From an uncultured Thermoleophilia bacterium (GTDB lineage: Bacteria > Actinomycetota > Thermoleophilia > UBA2241): 64,000 bases of DNA. Positions 58,323-64,000 of this stretch are shown here, piece by piece. The position numbers were made by a program, and so were the translations under genes. Location: contig CAVTKL010000013.1 in assembly GCA_963735345.1 (NCBI GenBank), positions 193,130 through 257,129 on the forward strand. Reading direction: 5' to 3'. The notes beneath the pieces are model-generated. The model was not told where the DNA came from, searched no databases, and saw only the letters and a list, made by a program, of their open reading frames with translations. Positions within the stretch are counted from its first letter, which is position 1; each line of letters opens with the position of its first letter.

Positions 58323-59287
58323 GGTCCGCCGCGATCCTGGACGGGACGCTCGGCACGGCGGCCCGGCAGGCCCAAGCCCTCGCGGGCTTTCTGCGCGAGG
58401 GCCTCAGCGGCGACCCGGTCGCGGAGACGCTGATCCTCTACCACGACGAATGCGACCGGACACGGCTCGTGGAGCTGGCGCCGACCCGCGACGTGCGGCT
58501 CGTCAAGACGACGGCGCGGCGCCCCGACCGGATCGTCGAGATCCTCGCCGCGGCCGCGACGGACGAGCAGACCGAGTTCCTTCTCTTTGCAGGCGGCGCC
58601 GCGGGAACGGAGACGGCCACGCGCGTCGCCTGTCGCGCCGGCGGCGCCGTGCTGACAGACGCTTTGAGCATCGAGGTGCGGCCGGGTCTTCTGGTCGGCC
58701 GCAAGAACGTCTACTCGAATCACCTCGTGGGGCGCTTTGAGCTCTCGGCGCGCCCCCGGTGCGTCAGCATCGACGCCGGCTGGAGCGACGCGGGACGTCC
58801 CGCCAGCCTCGAACACCGCGTCCTCTCCGACACCGACGCGACAGACGGGGCGGGCCCGGCGCCGTTTGAGGACCTGGAGCTCGTTGCCGCGCCCTCGAAT
58901 GGGGATCTCGCGGAGAGCCGGTTCCTCGTGGTCGCGGGATACGGCGCCGGCAGGCGCGAGCACGCAGACCGCATCGCGTCGGCGGCCCGGAGCATGGGTG
59001 CCGCCTTCGGCGTCACGCGCCCCGTGGCCATGAACGCCTGGGCTCCGATGGACCGGCTGATCGGCGTCTCGGGCGTCCGCACCGCCCCTGATCTGTGCGT
59101 CGTCGTGGGAGCCTCGGGCGCGCCGGCCTTCTTCTGGGGCATCGAGAAGGCCGGGTTCATCGTCGCGATCAACCCGGATGCGCAGGCGCCGATCGTCCGC
59201 AACGCGGATGTGGCGGTCCTCGACGACGGCGTGGCCATCATCGAGGAGCTGGCGCGGATCGTCGGCGAGGACCGCGGGGACCCATGA
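58319..59287 (+). CDS. etfA: Electron transfer flavoprotein alpha subunit (EtfA), copy 1
   Basis: ...VAGYGAG...AFGVTRPVAMNAWAPMDRLIGVSGVRTAPDLCVVVGASGAPAFFWGIEKAGFIVAINPD... (FAD-binding C-terminal domain). Confidence 0.8.
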   Translation: MRSAAILDGTLGTAARQAQALAGFLREGLSGDPVAETLILYHDECDRTRLVELAPTRDVRLVKTTARRPDRIVEILAAAATDEQTEFLLFAGGAAGTETATRVACRAGGAVLTDALSIEVRPGLLVGRKNVYSNHLVGRFELSARPRCVSIDAGWSDAGRPASLEHRVLSDTDATDGAGPAPFEDLELVAAPSNGDLAESRFLVVAGYGAGRREHADRIASAARSMGAAFGVTRPVAMNAWAPMDRLIGVSGVRTAPDLCVVVGASGAPAFFWGIEKAGFIVAINPDAQAPIVRNADVAVLDDGVAIIEELARIVGEDRGDP

Positions 59288-60705
59288 CTCGGCAGGTGAT
59301 GCACGAGCTCGACGAGCGGTACCAGACCTACCTGTGCGACGAGTCCCGCCTGCTCGGCGCCGCGGAGAGCGTCTCGTTCCCGGAGCGTGAAGACGAGATC
59401 GTCGCGGTCATCGCCGAGATGCGGCGCGAGCGGGTCTCTGTCACCGTCCAAGGCGGGCGGACAGGCCTCGCCGGCAGCGCCGTACCGCTGAGGGGACACG
59501 TCATGAACCTCTCCCGCATGAACCGGGCCGAAGCACCCCAGCGCCGCAAGGACGGCACGTGGGTCATGACGGTCGAGCCCGGAACGACCCTGATGGACCT
59601 CCGCCGCGCGATCGAGGGGGCGAAGGTCGAAGCCCCGCTGTTCTGGCCCCCCGACCCGACCGAGACCACGGCGACCGTCGGCGGCGTGGTCTCCTGTAAC
59701 GCCCGGGGGCTCACCGCCATGCGCTACGGCAGCACCCGGGATCATGTCGAGGCGCTGCGCCTGGTGTCGGCGGATGGCGCCGCGAAAGCGGTCGTCCGGG
59801 GAGAGGGGGCGTTTCAGCCAGACTGCGGTCTGGGTGCCCTCGATCTCGCCGTCGGCGGCGAGGGCATGTTCGGGGTCATCACGGCGCTCACGCTGCGCCT
59901 CGTCCCGAAGCCGCCGGAGATGTGGGGGATCTGCTTCTTCTTCGGCGGTCGGCAGAGCCTCTGCGCCTTCGCCGACCGCCTCGCGAGCGTCCCCCCGCAC
60001 GCGGGTGCGAGCCTCGCCGCCATGGAGTACCTCGACCGGCGAGCCATCACCATGGTCGAGGAGCGCAAGACCACCGTCACCAGCATCCAGGGCCTTCCCG
60101 CCGTCGACCCGGCGGCGCTGGCCATGGTGTACGTCGAACTGCACGGGGACGACGAGGAAGCGGTCGCGGAGCTCGCCACAAGCCTCATGGAGATCGCCGT
60201 CGAGGCCGGCGCCGATCCCGACAGGGCCTGGGCGGTCTCCGGCGAGGCGGAGGTCGAGCGCCTGCGCGCGTTCAGGCATGCGGCGGCCGAAGCGGCCAAC
60301 CTGCTGATCGAGCGCGCCCGCCGGTCCGATCCGTCGATCGTGAAGTTGAGCACGGACATGAGCCTGCCCGGACTGCCGTTCTCCGCCGCCCTCGATCTGT
60401 ACGAGTCTGGTCTGGCGCGGGAGGAGCTTGACGCCTGTGTGTTCGGCCACCTCCGCGAGAACCGCCTCAACGTGAACCTGCTGCCCAGGGATGCGGACGA
60501 GTACCTCCGGGGACGGCGTCTCATCGCAGAATGGGCCGCGCAGGTGATCGCCCTGGGGGGGCAGCCGGTGAACGAACACGGGGTCGGCAAGCTGAAGAAG
60601 GACCTCGTGGCCGAGGGCTCCGCGGGAACGAGATGGCGTGAGTTGCGCCGCTGCAAGACGGCCCTCGACCCCGAGGAGTTCTGGAACCCCGGCAACATGT
60701 TCTGA
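59284..60705 (+). CDS. FAD-linked oxidase (GlcD/D-lactate dehydrogenase-like), copy 2, intact
   Basis: ATGA overlap with etfA. ...VSVTVQGGRTGLAGSAVP... (FAD_binding_4); ...HGVGKLKKDLVAE... in the C-terminus. Confidence 0.8.
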   Translation: MTRQVMHELDERYQTYLCDESRLLGAAESVSFPEREDEIVAVIAEMRRERVSVTVQGGRTGLAGSAVPLRGHVMNLSRMNRAEAPQRRKDGTWVMTVEPGTTLMDLRRAIEGAKVEAPLFWPPDPTETTATVGGVVSCNARGLTAMRYGSTRDHVEALRLVSADGAAKAVVRGEGAFQPDCGLGALDLAVGGEGMFGVITALTLRLVPKPPEMWGICFFFGGRQSLCAFADRLASVPPHAGASLAAMEYLDRRAITMVEERKTTVTSIQGLPAVDPAALAMVYVELHGDDEEAVAELATSLMEIAVEAGADPDRAWAVSGEAEVERLRAFRHAAAEAANLLIERARRSDPSIVKLSTDMSLPGLPFSAALDLYESGLAREELDACVFGHLRENRLNVNLLPRDADEYLRGRRLIAEWAAQVIALGGQPVNEHGVGKLKKDLVAEGSAGTRWRELRRCKTALDPEEFWNPGNMF

Positions 60706-60723
60706 GGCGAGGAGACCAGCACG

Positions 60724-61527
60724 GTGGTGCGGATAGCGGTGTGCGTGAAACAGGTGCCGGCCCGGTCGGAGGGGATGATGGATCCCGCGACGGGGACGAT
60801 CCGTCGCGAGGGCCTCGCGGCCGTCATCAACTCCTGCGACCTGCCGGCCATCGAGACCGCCCTGCGCGTGAAGCAGGCGGTCACCGCGGAGGTCGACGTC
60901 TTCACCATGGGACCCATGAAGGCGGCCGCCGTGGTCCGGGAGGCCCTCAGCATGGGGGCGGATCGCGGCTATCTGCTGAGCGATCCCCGCTTCTCGGGCG
61001 CCGACGTGTACGCCACCGCCTACACCCTGGTCCAGGGCATGCGCACGGTCGGCGCCTACGATCTGCTCGTCTGCGGGAAGCAGACCACCGACGGCGGAAC
61101 GTCACAGGTGGGCGGGACGATCGCCCAGATGCTGGGCGTACCGCACATCGGCCGGGTGACGAAGCTGGTCGAGGCCGACGGGCAGGGGGTCACGATCGTG
61201 CAGGAGCTTGAGCGGGAGCTCCTGACTCTGCACGTCGGCTTCCCCTGCGTCGTCTCGGTCGAGCCCGGCATCTTCACGCCGCGCCTGCCCAGTCTGAAGT
61301 CGAAGCTGGCCGCCGGCAGGCAGCAGGTGACGGTCCTGTCACTGGAGGATCTCAGCGACACAGACCCGACACACTACGGCGTCAAGGGCTCTCCGACCAA
61401 GGTCGAGAAGGTCTACCCGGCGGCGCTCACGCCACGCCGCGACCTGAGCGCCATGGACGCCGAGGCGGCCACCGACCTCATCCTCAGTCAGGTACGGCGC
61501 TTGACGCATCCCGGGGGCACCAGATGA
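60724..61527 (+). CDS. etfB: Electron transfer flavoprotein beta subunit (EtfB/FixA), copy 2
   Basis: GTG start; VRIAVCVKQVP... Confidence 0.85.
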   Translation: MVRIAVCVKQVPARSEGMMDPATGTIRREGLAAVINSCDLPAIETALRVKQAVTAEVDVFTMGPMKAAAVVREALSMGADRGYLLSDPRFSGADVYATAYTLVQGMRTVGAYDLLVCGKQTTDGGTSQVGGTIAQMLGVPHIGRVTKLVEADGQGVTIVQELERELLTLHVGFPCVVSVEPGIFTPRLPSLKSKLAAGRQQVTVLSLEDLSDTDPTHYGVKGSPTKVEKVYPAALTPRRDLSAMDAEAATDLILSQVRRLTHPGGTR

Positions 61528-62600
61528 CGCCGCCGCCGCTGCCACCGCCGCCTGCACCGGCGGCGCTCCACGGCCTAGACGACTTGGACGAGTGGAAGCG
61601 CCAGTGGAAGCACATCCTGATATACCTCGAGTGCCGCGATGGGGCCGTCCACCCCGCGAGCCTTCAGGTGCTGAGCAAGGCCCGTGAGCTCGCGCTCGAG
61701 GCCGGCTTCGAGGTCCACGGCATCGCGATCGGCGAGGATCGCGAGCTCCTGCGCGCGCTGCTCGCTCCCTATCCGCTGGAGAGCGTGTACCTTTGCCAGA
61801 CCAAGGAAGGGCACTTCCTGACGGAGGCGCACAGCGAACCCTTCATCCGGTGCGTGCGGCGACTCCGACCCTCAGTCGTCCTCCTCGCCGCCACCCCTGT
61901 GGGCAAGGCCATCGCTTCACGCGTGGCGACCGCGCTCGGCAGCGGCCTGACCGCCGACTGCACCGGTCTTGGGATGCGGGAGAACACCGATCTGGTGCAG
62001 GTTCGCCCCGCCTACGGCGGCGACATCATGGCGCGCATCGTCACGACCCGCTCGCGGCCTCAGTTCGCCACGGTGCGCCCGGATGGCAAGCCGGCGCGGG
62101 CCGCGCCGACCCATCCGGGCGTCGAGTTCGTGCTCGAGGAGTCCGACTCGTCGCGCCAGACGGCCGTGACGCTGCTCAAGGCGGAGCCGCGACGAGAGAC
62201 GCACGACATCGCGCGCTCGCAGATCCTCGTCGTGGCAGGCAAGGGGCTGCGTCACTTGGAGGACCTCGACGTACTCCGCGAGTTGGCCGAGCTCCTGGGC
62301 GGCGAGCTGGCCGCGACCCGGGGCATCGTGGAGCGGGGATGGCTGCCCGCCGACAGACAGATCGGGCTGTCGGGAAAGAGCGTGACCCCTGAGCTACTGA
62401 TCGCCTGCGGGGCCTCGGGGTCGGTGCAGTTCCTGGAGGGAGTACGGCAGGCGAAGACCATCATCGCGATTGACTCGGACCCCGACGCGCGCATCCTCGC
62501 CGTCGCCCACTACCCCATCCTTGGCGACCTCTACGAGATCGTGCCGGCGCTGATCGCGCGACTCAAGACGAATGGCGAGCGCCTTGACGCTGCGCCCTGA
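61524..62600 (+). CDS. etfA: Electron transfer flavoprotein alpha subunit (EtfA/FixB), copy 2
   Basis: ...VVAGKGL...LAELLGGELAATRGIVERGWLPADRQIGLSGKSVTPELLIACGASGSVQFLEG... Confidence 0.85.
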   Translation: MTPPPLPPPPAPAALHGLDDLDEWKRQWKHILIYLECRDGAVHPASLQVLSKARELALEAGFEVHGIAIGEDRELLRALLAPYPLESVYLCQTKEGHFLTEAHSEPFIRCVRRLRPSVVLLAATPVGKAIASRVATALGSGLTADCTGLGMRENTDLVQVRPAYGGDIMARIVTTRSRPQFATVRPDGKPARAAPTHPGVEFVLEESDSSRQTAVTLLKAEPRRETHDIARSQILVVAGKGLRHLEDLDVLRELAELLGGELAATRGIVERGWLPADRQIGLSGKSVTPELLIACGASGSVQFLEGVRQAKTIIAIDSDPDARILAVAHYPILGDLYEIVPALIARLKTNGERLDAAP

Positions 62601-62781
62601 GCCGCGCACCCAGCCCTTGGCGCCGTTTGCGCCGGTCCGCTCATCGAAACGCCGGCGTGCCTAGCGGTCATCAAGCCCTTCGTAGAGGGCTTCGATCTGC
62701 GGCTCGGTACGCGGGATGGTTGGACGGCTGCATGCGGAAAGGCGGGCGTGTCCGACATCGACGAGGCTGGCCAGAAGTCTG

Positions 62782-63264
62782 CTAGATGAAGAGGTTGACG
62801 TTGGCCTCGTCGGCCTCGCCCAGGTAGGAGGCCACGCCGGCATACTCGAGACCTGGGATCATCTCTTCTTCCTTGAAGCCCAGGATGTCCATGGAGAGGG
62901 TGCAGGCGACGAACTTGACGCCCTGCTCGCGCGCGGTCCGGAAGAGCTCCTCGAGCGACATGCCGCCGACGTCCTTCGTCGCCTTCCTCATCATGGGAGC
63001 GCCCATGCCGGCGAAGTTCATCTTCGACAGACCGAGCTTGCGCGTGCCCTTGGGCATCATCTTGCCGAACATCGACTGCAGCGTGCTCTTCTTGGCCTCC
63101 GACTCGACCTTCCCCGCCTTGCGAAGGATGTTGAGGCCCCAGAACGTGGCGAAGATGGTGACGTCGTCGCCCATCGCGGCGGCGCCGTTGGCGATGATGA
63201 GCGCCGCCATCACTCGGTCGAAGTCCCCGCTGAACAGGATGATCGTCTTCTTGGTCGTATCCAC
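62782..63264 (-). CDS. DsrE/DsrF-like (DrsE_2, COG2210) family protein
   Basis: MDTTKKTIILFSGDFDRVMAALIIANGAAAMGDDVTIFATFWGL... Confidence 0.6.
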   Translation of the reverse strand: MDTTKKTIILFSGDFDRVMAALIIANGAAAMGDDVTIFATFWGLNILRKAGKVESEAKKSTLQSMFGKMMPKGTRKLGLSKMNFAGMGAPMMRKATKDVGGMSLEELFRTAREQGVKFVACTLSMDILGFKEEEMIPGLEYAGVASYLGEADEANVNLFI

Positions 63265-63310
63265 CCCAGCACCTCCAGTGATGCTCAGTCGTGGGCCGGC
63301 CGTCCCGGGC

Positions 63311-63991
63311 TCAGGACGCGTAGGCCTCGCGCAAATAGTACGAAATGTCTTTGAAGCGCATCGTCTCGCCGGCCGCTTGGCTCAGGTTCACGAAGCACAT
63401 CGGGCACATGGTCACGGCGTCGGGTGCCGCGACGCGGAGCTGCGCGACGCGCTTCCCCGCGTTGGCGGCCGCTTTGGCCGGGTAGAGCGACTCGATGGGG
63501 CCACCGCAGCACCAGGTCTGCCGACCCGCGTTCTCCGGGTCGCGGATGGTGACCCCGGTGGCCGCCAGCAGCTCACGCGGCTCGTCGACGATGCCCTCGT
63601 AGCGGGCGAAGACGCACGAGTCGTGAAAGGCGACGTCGCCGGAGAGCGTCGTGCTCGGCGTCAACCCCTTCTCGGCCAGCACCTCCAGGTAGCTGCGCAC
63701 TTCGACGTCGTAGCCCTTCAGGATCTTGGGGTAGACGCTGCGCAGCATGGTCGTGGTGTGCGGGTCGATGGTGATCACGGTCTTGACGTTGTGCTTCTTG
63801 AACATCGCATGGACGCGCCGCGCATGAGCGGCGACCACTTCGTCGGCGCCCAGGTCGTAGGCGAGGGCGCCCGAGTACAGGTCGTCCTCGTAGAGAGCGC
63901 CGAACTCGACGCCGGCCTTGCGCAACAGGTGGACGACGTTGATCGGCACCTGGCTGTAACGAGCGCGCTCCGCTGCCGACGGGCGCGCCAT
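63311..63991 (-). CDS. CCG-domain (cysteine-rich) Fe-S oxidoreductase, HdrB/GlcF/LutA-like
   Basis: ...FHDSCVFARY...TWCCGGPIESLY...CPMCFVNL... is a CCG-domain Cys pattern. Confidence 0.6.
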   Translation of the reverse strand: MARPSAAERARYSQVPINVVHLLRKAGVEFGALYEDDLYSGALAYDLGADEVVAAHARRVHAMFKKHNVKTVITIDPHTTTMLRSVYPKILKGYDVEVRSYLEVLAEKGLTPSTTLSGDVAFHDSCVFARYEGIVDEPRELLAATGVTIRDPENAGRQTWCCGGPIESLYPAKAAANAGKRVAQLRVAAPDAVTMCPMCFVNLSQAAGETMRFKDISYYLREAYAS

Positions 63992-64000
63992 GAAGGCCGA

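Noticed and set aside
57125-59287. An apparent 720-aa single ORF suggesting an EtfB-EtfA fusion
   Set aside because: The upstream part is garbage antisense to nothing. EtfB (from 57500) has a frameshift near 58190, and its real C-terminus ends at 58322 in an ATGA overlap with a separate etfA (58319).

Overview
This is a gene-dense, ~70% GC bacterial chromosomal segment. Many genes are coupled by ATGA/GTGA start-stop overlaps and GTG starts are frequent. The gene content (TasA/SipW-type exported fibre genes, a glmS ribozyme, IorAB-PaaK, and a Pro/Thr-repeat tail on a class A PBP) suggests a high-GC Gram-positive organism, possibly a deep-branching Actinomycetota-like lineage. The main loci in order are listed below.

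- **1-9366 (-):** a complex-I (nuo) operon with a non-canonical architecture, nuoA-B-C-D-H-[NuoI(N)::NuoE fusion]-[HydB/HoxF-type NuoF]-[NuoG-like Fe-S subunit carrying a GltD-like flavoprotein insertion]-nuoJ.
- **9615-13348 (+):** tatA/tatC and a class A PBP with a Pro/Thr repeat tail.
- **13425-17594 (-):** an iorA-iorB-ACT-paaK arylpyruvate cluster.
- **17641-19411 (+):** a degenerate-GGDEF membrane protein, an unknown protein and a roadblock/LC7 protein in one operon.
- **24409-26774 (-):** a SipW signal peptidase with three TasA-like cognate exported proteins.
- **27203-36690 (-):** a long housekeeping operon (glmM, glmS-ribozyme-glmS, acpS, nnr, CBS, alr, cca, fpg).
- **36876-39035 (+):** a membrane sensor-GAF-PP2C phosphatase gene broken by two compensating frameshifts.
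- **42835-45364 (-):** ApbE flavin transferase and a ferric-reductase-like TM protein.
- **45555-47602 (+):** an OmpR/HK two-component pair.
- **48200-49360 (-):** rpoD.
- **49563-51641 (-):** an AAA+ ATPase with a large uncharacterised N-terminal domain.
- **53782-62600 (+):** an operon SDR-FGGY kinase-[FAD oxidase-EtfB-EtfA]x2.
- **62782-63991 (-):** a DsrE-like and a CCG-domain (HdrB-like) protein at the 3' edge.

No rRNA, tRNA, CRISPR array or transposase was recognised by eye. At least seven frameshifts are present, all in non-essential genes between 31 and 58 kb.
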